A stretch of 64,000 bases of DNA, counting the filler, from Sphacelaria rigidula (lineage: Eukaryota), in NCBI GenBank assembly GCA_964200075.2. It is 8 parts of 8 records of this genome, joined end to end, with 100 filler letters (N's around TTAATTAATTAA, not from the genome) between each part and the next. Parts side by side here need not be neighbours in the genome. Positions count along the whole stretch, not along the records: positions 8,018 to 15,933 come from CAXNAA020012983.1; positions 16,034 to 23,948 come from CAXNAA020012984.1; positions 24,049 to 31,963 come from CAXNAA020012985.1; 5 more parts are not named here. The stretch is one strand, 5' to 3'. This document shows, in pieces, positions 13,651 through 25,677 of the stretch. Under the pieces are notes generated by a model. The model was not told the origin of the DNA. It saw nothing but the letters and a program-made list of their open reading frames with translations, and did no database searches. A program made the translations under genes and the position numbers. Within the stretch, counting starts at the first letter, position 1. Each line of letters starts with the position of its first letter.

Positions 13651-15890
13651 TTAGGTAACTTTGCGGAACATTGCGCACGCCATGGAGGTTTGTGGGCTCT
13701 CCGCGGGGGGCAGGTTTGGTGCACGTTGGCAATGCCAACTTGAGAACGAGTCTGACAACGTGTCGTCGGGTACCTCTCTGGCCACCCGTTGTAGTCCATG
13801 TACAACGACAAGCAATAGCCCCTTTGAAGCATACAGCACATCCGCCGTCACCATCAGCATACAGCAACAATATCACACACACCGTACACCAGTAGCAATG
13901 AACGCAGCATACCTACTAGTGGCGCTGCATCTCGTACGGTAGTGGTGGCTGTGCTGTAGTGCGTCAAGGGGCCTACCGGCGTACCCCACCTGCGGGCTGG
14001 GTTCAAATAAAATGCGAATTTATCCCTTTTGGAAACCCTCCCCTCCCGTCCCCGGTCCAGACGCGTCATAATTTCAAGCGCTGACAAAGAAGAGAAGATG
14101 GGAAAAGAAAACACCGACAACAACATTTTTTACGGCGGAAGGCCACATAAGAATCCGACATAGATCATGCTCGCACCAAAAATGCCGCCCCGGCGGGGTC
14201 GGATTAGTTTTATCCAGTGAGGAGATGCGAAGGGTCAAGTGTGTTCAACTTTGTGCACACAGCAAAAATCAGCGCCGCGGCCTCTGACTTTGCATACAAC
14301 AAGAATCAGCATCACCTGTACATTTTCTATATATGCAGTCCCGTGTGACACTGGGGCACACTTTTATAACGGTGACGCTCCGCACCGGAGTATTGTGCTG
14401 GAGTCCGGAGGTCGTACCCGCCCAACACTTGGCCAGCGTGCTAAGCCGCGTCACAGAAACAAAGTAGTGTGACCGAGCACACAGAAATCCCCTCACCACA
14501 CGTGGAAGGATTGACGTGCGATATTCACGCGATTCACCGCCAGTTGGAGCGAGTCTGAAAAACACGCTTTGGGCAAAACAATGCTCCGTGGAGCCTGAAA
14601 ATAATCAACCACATGTCGCTAGAAAAACAGCACCTCGAAATCAGCACTTTTCCACGGTTAGGACGTATCATCACGGGTTCGAATCACCAAATCCACGATT
14701 TCTTCGGCCTGACCGCCCAAAAGGGAGAAAAAAGTTGACCGCTGATCCAAGGGGTATCCACGCAACTTTTGCGCCATTCCACGTGTCTGGGCTGCGCGTA
14801 CCTACCTGGGTTGCAACGCTGAAAACAAAGCCTAGGGATTGATTCGTACGATTCGAATCAATGACACTGAAACCAAGTATTTTCCAGACGAATCATTGAT
14901 TTGTCCGACCCTTGCACTTTTCCCTTGCCAGTGCCGAAAGGGTTAACATGCCAACAAATTTAGCTTGTATCATCGACGACTTCTACGTATTTACACAGAA
15001 GACAACATGAATCACACTACATCACACGGAGTGTATCAACTGCGAGATACATATGGACTAATACTCACCATCGAATACGAGAGATCGCTTTGAAGCAAGT
15101 CAGGGGTTGATGTCTACACAGTCACATGAGTTCCAGCACGAGCATGATACGATGAACTAAAGCACGCTCAGCCTAGGCCGAAGATTTTCTGCCTGTTCGC
15201 TTCCCTGGTGGTGCTGGGCGTGTTGACAGTACAACATGGCATTCGCTGAGCATTCGGCATGTGACCAGAGAAGGTGCACACCAAAACACTCCTGGGACGC
15301 GTTGCGATCGCGGGTACTGGCCATGGATTCCATACCTTGTGCACCGTATGAACAATACAGTACATGAACGACTTTTGCGATTTTGCATTGATGGGTACGT
15401 GACACGGCCGTGTACAGTATGGCAAATCTGACGTGAGACGCGCTGCATCAGGAAGCCGCCACTAGTGAAAATGAGTATGTTTACTATTCATATGTAGGTT
15501 TTAGAGACCAAACTGGGGGCTGGCAGGTATCAATACGATTGGCCACGCTTCGCTCACCTTGGACGCAACGGCCTGAACTGCAAAGGTGTGGCTGTTCCGT
15601 GTGCGCATCTCATGTGGTGGAGAGAATCCTCTCGTCCTTTCTGCTCCATCATTGGTGTCTGAAAATGATGAGGCGCTGAACCCGGGGATGACAAGGGACC
15701 AAAAAGGGTTTACTGGTATGTATCAAGATTTTACGGCGATGTCCATAGCCCCTCTACCCGCCACAATACAGTTGCCACTTCCGTGCATCCAAGACCCTCG
15801 TTCCAAGTGGCAGATATAGATATTGCTACTTTTGAAGCTGTGGCCTCCAATACCTTGGTCTGATGTCTGATGTCTGCCCCCCCCCCCCCG

Positions 15891-15933
<43 letters not shown>

Positions 15934-17324
15934 NNNNNNNNNNNNNNNNNNNNNNNNNNNNNNNNNNNNNNNNNNNNTTAATTAATTAANNNNNNNNNNN
16001 NNNNNNNNNNNNNNNNNNNNNNNNNNNNNNNNNGGGGCCCCTTGATTTTTGTGCCCCCCCCCCCCCCCCATTATCTTTGGGTTTTTGGGTTATGGCATGC
16101 ATGTTCATGAGTACCCCCCCCCCCCCCCATTCTCTCTTTGTCCCCTCATCGTCACATGCCCGTGCTGTGCCTCTATGGTAATGTTACGATGCATGCATGG
16201 CGGGCGCTGAGTGTAAAGGGGGCACGCTGAGACTCGGCATCGTAATTGCGTGACGGAAGCGTGTGGGGCACTCATTCCCACCAAGATCGCTGTCCCGGCG
16301 GAGATTAGAGCCGCCTTCAGGTGACGTGGTGTGTCGCAGATAGAAGGGCTACATGTAGCGTGAAGAAGCTAAGGCCCTCCGGTCGGGTGTGGGATATCCT
16401 TGATTCATCGCGTCTACTTTGAATCTTTTGGGGTCTAGGAGGTATCATGCACGGGCAATTTTTCCCACTTTTTCGAAGAAATTCGACTTTTTCCCGACTT
16501 CTCGAAAAAAAACTCGCAAATAGTGATTCGACGCGGGGCCTCCGAAGCAAGCTGTATGGTCAGTGTTGAATCCATCTTTTGGATGATCTGATGAAGAATA
16601 TTATTCTCACATTTTTCGGAGAAGTAGAAACTGCCCAAAAAAAAGAGGGGGCAATAAACATAAAGGGGTACACCCTGGTGCTTTTGGAACAAAAACGGGT
16701 AACACATTTTTCGCTTTGGGGCGCGGCGCTGCACGCGGGCTGAACACCTCGAAAACACGTTCCAGCGCCTGAGCCCCACGCCCAAGGTATCTGGGCAGCA
16801 TGCCCGACCATTTTTGTTTCATTTTCATAAGTGGCACTAGGCTGAACTGCGGCGCCGAAAATGAGAGCCTGTGAGAGTAAATACCCTTTTTTGTAAACAA
16901 ACCAAGGAGGGTACACCCTGTCTTCTGCTCAATAATGATATATTATCCTTTTTGTTCGCCTTTCGACCCTTTTTTGTGAAGTGGTGACCGTACCGTCGCC
17001 TCAGCAGAAGATACGCCGAGCTGTCACAACCACAGCCATTTTCGGTTAATTACCCTTCCACCAAAAAAGATCGAAACCCAATGACCAAGAGAGTGTACCC
17101 CCCTTCTATAATTGGCCCGAGGACTCGAAAGAGTCAACGATGCATTCAGGGTGCTTGTGTGCCGGAGCTCACAAAGATCCAACGAACATGTGTGAACATC
17201 TTGCCGACACACACGCCCGCACGGCGTCACTCGATGACAATGTTAGACTCTGTCTGTCTCTCTCTCTGTTGTTCGCCGACCGTGACCATTTACCACGTGC
17301 TTAGGGTTTTATCAAAGCGCTTCA

Positions 17325-17357
17325 ATGGCATCGGCCGTCGTGGGCACTCGGGTCCAG
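17325..17357 (+). CDS. NB-ARC (NLR-like) gene, predicted first coding exon (MASAVVGTRVQ)
   Basis: ATG at 17325 and CAG|GTGAG donor at 17357/17358. Phase 0 matches the acceptor at 19123. Confidence 0.55.
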
Positions 17358-17499
17358 GTGAGAAACGATATATCTGACGTGCTCAGAAAGTTGTCATGTA
17401 GGAGTGATACTGCGATAGGGTCTGCACTTTTGGGGCCGAAACCGGCCTGATTCAGGGATTCCTAAAATTAGGAACTACTCAAGAATATGGGTCAGGATA

Positions 17500-17650
17500 T
17501 CCCCGTTTGCAAATTCATTCGGAATATCCCTTGTAAAAATTGGAAGAAAAACCCTGGCGTACTCTCACCTATTTCGAAAGTCGTGTTTTGGATTAGATAA
17601 AGGGTTCCTAAAAATTCTACTCTCAGGCCGTAAAAGTGCTGACCCTATCG
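17500..17650. repeat. Interspersed repeat shared with 43250-43410
   Basis: Both contigs contain GGxATATCCCT...GGCGTACTCTCAC.TATTTC..AAGTCGTGTTT.GGATTA.ATAAAGGG.TCCTAA. Confidence 0.7.
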
Positions 17651-19123
17651 CAGCATCACTCGTAGGCTACGCAGAAGCATACTGGTGAGCGGTATGCGAG
17701 AGGATGAGAGATACAGGTGAGGACACGGGTATGATCAGTAGACCGAGCATATGCTTTCTGGCAATGCCAGTAGAGAAACGTGGGACTATTTGTGAGAAAC
17801 TCTGGAAGAGCCCTGAAATCCACGAAACATCTTGACGAGGAACTATATATATATACAAGAGTTTCGGCGGCTTCGCCGCCACGATCATTGGATCGACCCC
17901 AAGATGCATGAGCACCGGTGATAGCTGTGTGCGTTGCGTAAGAATGATGCCGGTTCCACAAATGACCATCCATCACAGGTGAACTTGAAAATGCATTGCC
18001 ATCGCAAAAATAAAGAACACACAGCTCGAGTCGTAACTGCTTATCACCTGAGCTGTGCGTGACCTTGCATCAATCTGATCAGAATTCAATGAGAAACGAT
18101 GATTTGCGTAAGACGCGCACGAACCGGTAGTAGTTGTGTGCGTTACGTAGTGGCACAATTCATTCTTGGAAGAAAACGCTGTAGTTGCTCGTCAGTTGAG
18201 CACCTTGTTTATCGTCCTCGCATCAATCTCTTCAGAATTCAATGAGGAAGGATCTGAAAAACGCCCTGACGCCATGCAGAACACAGTGTTGGAGACAACT
18301 GTACACCAGACCCACGGAGACGCAGAACGCATTCCCTATGTCCACCGAAAGACAAGCGAAGAGGTATCAGCGAAACCGTGTACTCTAAAATCAAGCACAG
18401 ACTCACAGATCAAAACACGCTCGAGATGTTCGATGCAGAGCGGCGTCATGATTGATGTCGTGTGTTCTGATCGCCAAATACGTACCATGCCGATTGTATA
18501 TTTTCAAGTGAAAAGGATGCCGATTTCACCGATGAGCGGTCAAGATGGATGACGACACCCCTGACGGTCGAAGAGTCCACTGAGCCGTAGAGACGGGAAA
18601 GTCATGGCAACCGCAGCCCGAGTGCCATGTAGAACACAACACTGAGGCCATGCAGTACACAGAGCAGGAAGCAAATGTACTCTACACCCAAGCAAAAACA
18701 GAACGCACCCTAATGCCCAGCGAGAGGCAAGCGAAGAGGCATCAGCGAAAACGTCTACTCTAAAATCAAGTAAAGAAGAAATGCTGGCTTCTCAGAGCTT
18801 CGTAGAACAAAATGGCCCCGAAATTCATGTACTCTAAAATCAAGTGAAAAAACCGTCAAAAGGGCACCTGTCTGCAGGGCTTGAAAATGAGCCGAAATGT
18901 ACCCTGTATATATGATATGATATTTATATGTACATATAGACCCTACGATACGACAAGAACATCCGTTGTATACAGGCTTTGTCTTGATTGACGTTTGCTC
19001 GAGGTTGGGGCTCTGTACATGAGTGTAGCGTTGTGCTACCGAGGTTTAGCATCGAAAAATGGAAAGGCGGTTCGCACCTGCCGTTCCGTCTACTACACAA
19101 CGCGTTGTTGTCTCGTCCGTTAG

Positions 19124-20269
19124 GCACTGGAAAAGACGCGGAAGGCCATCGAAGAGAATAGGCCTTGGCACCAAGCTGTTGTTCTCCGGGCAGAAAGTGC
19201 GGAGGCTACGGCCGGAGAGACTGGTACCAGGCTAATAATCGAGGGGCTCGGTATACTGGTGAATGCTGTCAATATCGACGCCGTGAGGCCCGTCTGTGTT
19301 GCTCTTAGTGGTCTGTTCGAGGCTGTCAAAGGAGCTACCGCTGCACGTGAAGAACTGCTTGACCTCCTGAGCTACTGCGTCTTGATTACGAGTATCGTAC
19401 TGGATAATGCCTGCGCGCCGGAGCTGCCCGCGCACATCCAGACCGCTTTGCAGCAGGTGACGAGCGAGATCACCAACATCCACCAGACTGCCATCCAGTT
19501 CGACGCCAAGCCGAACCGTTCTTTGCCTTGGCAAGGGTTGCGTCTGCACGCCAGACATCGGAGCAGGATCGAAACGCACAGGATGACACTCGAGACAACC
19601 TTGGCCACGGCGACGAGCGCCGCCGCGCTTTCTACAGCTATGGACGCCAGCGCTGTACGCACCATGTTGACCCATTCCTCCGCGCTGGCGAGGGTTCCGC
19701 CTGAAGCGCGGTGTCGACCTCAAAGTTGCGTAGAGCGTACTGCTCTCGTTTCGGAGATTGTTTCTAAAATCACAGCAGCAGATGCTAGCGGTGCTCCATA
19801 CACATTATTTGGTATGGGGGGAGCAGGCAAGACAATGCTAGCATATTCAGTCGTTCGCAACGAAGACGTGCGAAAGCACTTTCAGGGAGGGATCTACTGT
19901 CTCAAAGTTGGACGAGCTGGTGAGACTCAAGTTCTAGCTCTCCTCGAGGGGCTAGCCGCTAAGGTAATAGTATCTCCCGCGGGTCCACGGTACTTCAACA
20001 GCGAGGACGAGGTGGTTCGGAGCTTGACTGCAGCTATTTCAGAAGATGGCCTGCCTCGCCTGGTTGTGGTGGACGACGTGTGGCAGCGTCATATTGTGGA
20101 TCGGCTGATGCTCACGGGACTTCGATTGCTGGTGACCACGCGCGTCCGCGGAGTAGTTGCCGTGGATGGAGGGTGCACGGAGGTGGGAAGCATGGACCAG
20201 GTGGAGGCGCGACAACTGCTGAAGTCGAAGAGCGGTGCGGTGGCACTTCCGGAGAGGGAGGCTGACCAG
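19124..20269 (+). CDS. NB-ARC (STAND NTPase) NLR-like gene, exon 2: helical N-terminal domain plus nucleotide-binding domain
   Basis: Bounded by TTAG| acceptor and CAG|GTAC donor; 382 open codons. Contains P-loop GMGGAGKT, 'VRKHFQGGIY', Walker B LVVVDDVW and RNBS-B LLVTTR. Confidence 0.92.
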
Positions 20270-20569
20270 GTACAAGTATGACGTCCACTGGTTCACCGTG
20301 GAGCATTTGCGAGGTGCAAGCTATCCTCATATATCGACTGCAAACATGGCCCTATTCGTTCACTGTCTGACGTGATTTCTGATTTGTTTTACGCACGAAT
20401 GTCCTGATTCACACAATGTACCACGTCGCTGTCGCAAGTGAGACTGCCGTTGGCGTCGTGTTGATGGTCGATGTTTTTATACCATTCGAATTTCTGCTAG
20501 CCTCGTTCGACTGCATCCGCGGCCCGTGCTTGTCTGTCGGTCTCCTCCGTCGTGTTCTATTCGCCATAG

Positions 20570-20884
20570 GTTGCTGAGGAATGCGGGTGGCTGGCGTTGG
20601 CCCTAGCTATTACAGGGTCACTCCCGTGTGTTACCGAGAATCCGGACTCTGCTCTATCGTGGCAACAGCTGCACCGGGAGATCAAAGAGAAGAAAAGAAC
20701 GCGCCTAGGCCTGCAGATGAGCAGAGACATCGCCGACGACAAGTCCAAGAGGTCACTGTATCCGGTGCTGTCTGTAAGCCTGGAAGAGTTGGGTGAAGAG
20801 GAACAGGACATGTTCTTGAGTCTGGTTGTGCTGGCCCATGGTGTTTGGGCATCAACTGGTATGCTGGCCGCGCTCTGGGAGAAG
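20570..20884 (+). CDS. NB-ARC gene exon 3 (GxP/GLPL helical domain and winged-helix start)
   Basis: Polypyrimidine tract plus CATAG| acceptor and AAG|GTGCG donor, phase 0/0. Peptides VAEECGWLALALAITG...LSVSLEEL...FLSLVVL...LAALWE. Confidence 0.9.
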
Positions 20885-21183
20885 GTGCGGTTCATTCAGA
20901 AGCGCCGTTGCATCGGTCGCAGACCTTACTTTGTACATACGTGCTGCCCAGTGCTGGTTGTGAGATCAACAAAATTTTACGATGCCACTCCCCATTCCTG
21001 TGTAAGGGGTGCTGTAGTCGATCGATGGTTTCCACAGCTCGATTCATGTGCACTGGGAGCTTAACTTGGCTTTGAGGTATCCGGCGCTTGTGTTTGTCTG
21101 GTATGATGAAAAGTTTGGTTTACGCTTGATGTCGGCAGCAAGTCCGCTTAAACGTTGCCCAAGATCAAGCTACCAGTGTTTTA

Positions 21184-22735
21184 CAGGTGCAACACGAAGT
21201 TCACGGCTCGGATCGATAAAATCGTGCGTCAACACATATTCAACATTTGTACAAGCCAGACAACAAACGATTCGTGCGCAAGTTGTGATCCGTACATATT
21301 TCGGGTTCGAGATTCGTGCGACACTGCTTGGAGTGTACATATTTCCAGTTCGTGATTCGTGCGGTACACCATCAGAGGTCCACGCTTCCCACCTTTCATT
21401 TGTGTGGCAGGAATCATAGTTACATATTTCCCACATTTCATTCGTATGGTAGGAATCAGAGGCATATATTTCTCCATTTTATTTCATGCAGCATGAATCA
21501 TGGGCACACGCTCCCCACTATCTGTGCATGCACCATGAATCACAGGTACATGTTTCTCCCCTTCTATTCATTCAGCATGAAGCATGGGTACATGCTCCCC
21601 ACCATCCATTCATACGAGATATATCAAGCGTGCATGTTTCCAGTTCCCATTCATGCATGTTATCCGCCTTACATTCATACGAGGTGGACCAAGTGTACGT
21701 GTTGCTCACTTTTCATTGATGTAGCCTCAATCTTACGGACATCTTCCCCAAATTCTGCTCATATGACATAAATCATGAACACATGTTGTTTCTCACCCTG
21801 CCATTTCATGGAGCGAGACTCTTCGGTGGCGCAGCCTTTTTGCAGGCGGGGTAGCCGAATTAGAGCGTGCAGGTCGCGAAGCCCTTCAGAGCCAAATCCG
21901 CAATATGTCAAATTCCAAATATTGCACCCACACGTATATGACAACACATCAAATATAGTACCACGGGCGCGTCTGCGTGCCTGAAGTGATTCTTCTGTCT
22001 ACTCCGTATTGATTTTCCGAGCTATGCTATCGGCCGTCTTCGTGATTTCAAGTTGTGTTCCGTGGTGCAGTTGATCTGAATATACTGTATACAGCGCCAG
22101 CACGAGTCATTCCCGCATGTTCGTGCGAGTTTTCGGGAACTCTCCGCAGCACTCACTACAGTCCGCGGACAGTACAGTACAGCATCGTACATCATAGTAA
22201 TGTACACTCTGTGCAATCTGTTCAGTGGACAGGGGACAACAACAGAAGCACAAAATCGTCCATTCATACGCCTTGAATAATAGGTGCATGATATATTTCT
22301 CCCCTTTGATCCATGCAGCATGAATCACGTGGTTCATGTACATGTTGTCCACCTTGCATTCATTCGGGCAACATAAATCATACCTACATGCTCCCCATAT
22401 TATTTTCGATACGAATGAATCAAGTGTACATGTCTCCCACCAGTGAGTCATACCGCAATTGTGATTCATACATACATATTTTGCAGTCTTGATTCGTGTT
22501 ACATTACTTGGAGTGTACACATTGCTAGTTCGTGATTCATTCGGTATTATCTTGAATACACAGCTTTACCATCCGTGATTCATATCGGATTACTGTTTGG
22601 TACACCATTCGCACTCAACATCCATAGGGAATCAACACACGCGATTTTGCGTTCAACATTCATGGGTAGTCAGCACTTACGAACTCTGATTCGTCCGAAT
22701 CGTGAACAAGTTGAAGGATACGTGAGGCCCACTGT
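21184..22735. repeat. Intronic non-autonomous element with ~42-bp degenerate tandem units (CATGCAGCATGAATCA core)
   Basis: Units start at 21485, 21527 and 21569, with similar units at 22250-22480. It lies in intron 3 of the NB-ARC gene. The TA-CAG...CTG-TA ends are only weakly complementary. Confidence 0.5.
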
Positions 22736-23060
22736 AATTTAAAAAGCGTTTGTTTTCAATGCGATGCTGAAACTAACTACTTGATTTTAGTATGTCACCT
22801 CTCAACCCCCGACGTTCTGGGCTTCGCTGTGCGTCGGTTGCGGGGCATGGGTTGAACGTCGATACGATACGAGTCCGCGTTCATGTAGACTACTTACAAT
22901 GGACGAGTGTCGAGAAAAAAGGGATGTACGCTTCCACAACAACGTTGTGAAGAGATTTTACTGTCAGCTGGGGCTGTCTGAACAGTCCTTTCGTGAAACT
23001 TGTAGGATCGCCCACGCCCATTACCGACTGTCTGTGTATGGTGACTACATCTCATTGCAG

Positions 23061-23462
23061 GATGACAGAAGTGCAAAGAGAGGAGCTGATTTCCTAGCGC
23101 AGAATGCACTGTTGTATGAGGCGGAAGGCTCCTTTTTCGTGCACGACCTGGTCCTGGACTTTATCAAAATTGAGTGTACAAGTGCGGAGAAGCACGAGTT
23201 GGTCAAGGATGCTGTGAGGCGCCAAACGCGGTACTTAAGCAGGCCTTCTGTCGTCTGGGAGTTCGATAAACGTGAGGGGTTGAACACGGTAAGCACAGAC
23301 ACATACGCGCTGATTCGTTTGTGGCGGTCGCTGGAGGAACTGTCCGGCAATGAGCACCTGGAGGTGGAGAGGTATACAGCCAGCCTGGGGGAGGTGGGTC
23401 AAGCTGAGTCGACAGAGGTCGCCGACGCGCATGAGCGTATCGGTAAACTGCTTTTTCGACAG
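23061..23462 (+). CDS. NB-ARC gene exon 4 (MHD-motif region); the gene continues beyond the contig end
   Basis: TTGCAG| acceptor and CAG|GTGGG donor, 134 codons, phase 0/0. FFVHDLVLDFIK is the MHD-equivalent motif, followed by helical sequence. Confidence 0.88.
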
Positions 23463-24883
23463 GTGGGTTGTTGATATGTTTGTCACGATCATTCCGACCT
23501 CGAGTAAAGCTGTGTCAAGAGATGAGGCAGCTTTTGCACTATGTCGACTTTTTTGTGATGAACGCCTTCAGCGCGAAATGTGAAGGGACCCGAGCGATGT
23601 TGGGGTGGTTTCCATTAGAAAGGACAGGCTCGTCGTGACGGTGACGGCCCCAAGCCAAATCCATCGCTTAGGGGAGGGGGGGGGGGGGGTTATTCGGTGA
23701 TTGATGATGATCTTGGCAACTCATCTCTCCTTCTCCGGGGCTCTCGGCCCAAGAAATGGTGGTATGAAGTTAGATAACGAAAAAAGTAAGCCCAGAGGCG
23801 ATGGTCACCTCTTGGCCTATCCAATAACAGTTTATGAGATATTACACACATCCACAAAAACGATTGAAGAACGTGACCATTGTATTAACCCTTTTGGGAC
23901 CGGACCCCCACTAACACAGGGTCAACCCTGTGTTAGTGGAATAATAAANNNNNNNNNNNNNNNNNNNNNNNNNNNNNNNNNNNNNNNNNNNNTTAATTAA
24001 TTAANNNNNNNNNNNNNNNNNNNNNNNNNNNNNNNNNNNNNNNNNNNNCCCCAGGCCCCCAGGGGCCCGGGGCCACCTGCGTCTACCAGCCTGAAATTGT
24101 ATCAGTTGGTATTCCCCCCCCCCCCCTCCCCGGGCGCTGCACTGTAGTAAAGGGGGCGGAACTTGGAACCTTGTTTAGCCACAACTAAAGATACGCGCCC
24201 CTACTGGTCCTTGAGGTGACGCCTTGACTGCAATCCGGTGGCTGGGGCGGTCGATCTGTCTTGGATATTGGACGATATGATACGGTGAAAAGATGCTGGT
24301 ATTCATGGCACACCAATATTCGAAATATGCTCACTTGACTGCCATCCCCCCTCCGGCGCCTTCCTCCCTCTGGACGAACCGTGCGACGTCGTGAATTATT
24401 TTTTTCTTCTTTTGCTTCCCGACTTGGACAACGACTCGTGTAGGGGGCGGAGTGGACGACGAAAGTCTCAGGCAGAACGACAACTACGTTTCATTCCTGA
24501 ACCAGACGGGTTCTATCTTGGCCCTTGCGCAGATGCTCGACCAGCAGTCGCTCGAGGACTCGTGATGATTTTGGAATTGCACCTGGCTCACTAGATGGTG
24601 TTCCTAGCCTAGGAGGGTAAGACGAGTAGCAGGGTTGTGTTGGATGGGGCGAGGAAGCAAGAGAAATATGAGATCTGTTCACATCGTGTTGGTGGACTGC
24701 GCGATTCGGTGGCGGCATGCCATGTCGCATGCGTGACGGGGGAGCGGTCGCTGTTGGTGAAGCTTCTGCCCACATGCGTTACGTGTCTGCTCGTGTAATG
24801 ACCTTCATTTTGTTTGGGGATACATTCCACTTTGCTTGGCCGACATGATGCCGTGCTTTATTGTCTTGTTCCGCGAACCGCGG

Positions 24884-24884
<1 letters not shown>

Positions 24885-24926
<42 letters not shown>
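24885..24926. repeat. (CT)n microsatellite
   Basis: About 20 consecutive CT units. Confidence 0.95.
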
Positions 24927-24930
<4 letters not shown>

Positions 24931-25636
24931 CTCTCTCGAGGAACAAAATAATTTCTGAGCATTGTTTGTGATCAACGCACGTGCTCTTTCTTCTTTGGTG
25001 TACCATGTACAGCGCATTTTTTTTTCCCTTTCTTTTACTTACCAGCAACCCCCTGCCCCGCCCAACGGTTGTTATGTAGCACACCGTTCGTATGCAGTGT
25101 TTTCGTAGTTTATCTTGTCTTTGTTTCTACATGGATGCATCCCATGTATTTTCACGGAGCAATACCATCTGGTCGACAGCTGCTTGTTGATTCGACCGTC
25201 ATGCCTGCGGAGTACCGGCGTGTGGGCCACGGAACCCTTCCCGCGTCCTGCGTCTCGTGTTCCGCTCCTCGTGCTGGTAGTCGTTGTGGGGAGGTGGTGT
25301 TATGGATTTTCTAACGGTTATTTTCTTGTATTCTTCCCATGGTGCAGAAAGTACGGCCTACTGAGGATAGATGCCCTTGAAAGACACGACCCCAGAACAC
25401 ACTATCGACATTTTTCAAATGTTTGTTCCACTATATCTGTTTTGCTTTTTGGGGTCCAGAGAAGCCAGGGCGCGGTTCGCACCCATGATATGGGATCGCA
25501 TCCGATGCTCTCGTTCACAATGGTGATTGGTGTCGTGTGCCCCCGCGCTCCCTTGCCCTCCCTGCCCTCTCTACCCCCCCCCCCCCNNNNNNNNNNTTCA
25601 CATTGGGTGTGGTGTTCGTGTCCCCCCCCCCCCCCT

Positions 25637-25677
<41 letters not shown>

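Noticed and set aside
14925-14946. piggyBac-like terminus (…GAAAGGG-TTAA)
   Set aside because: No matching opposite end was identified in the contig.
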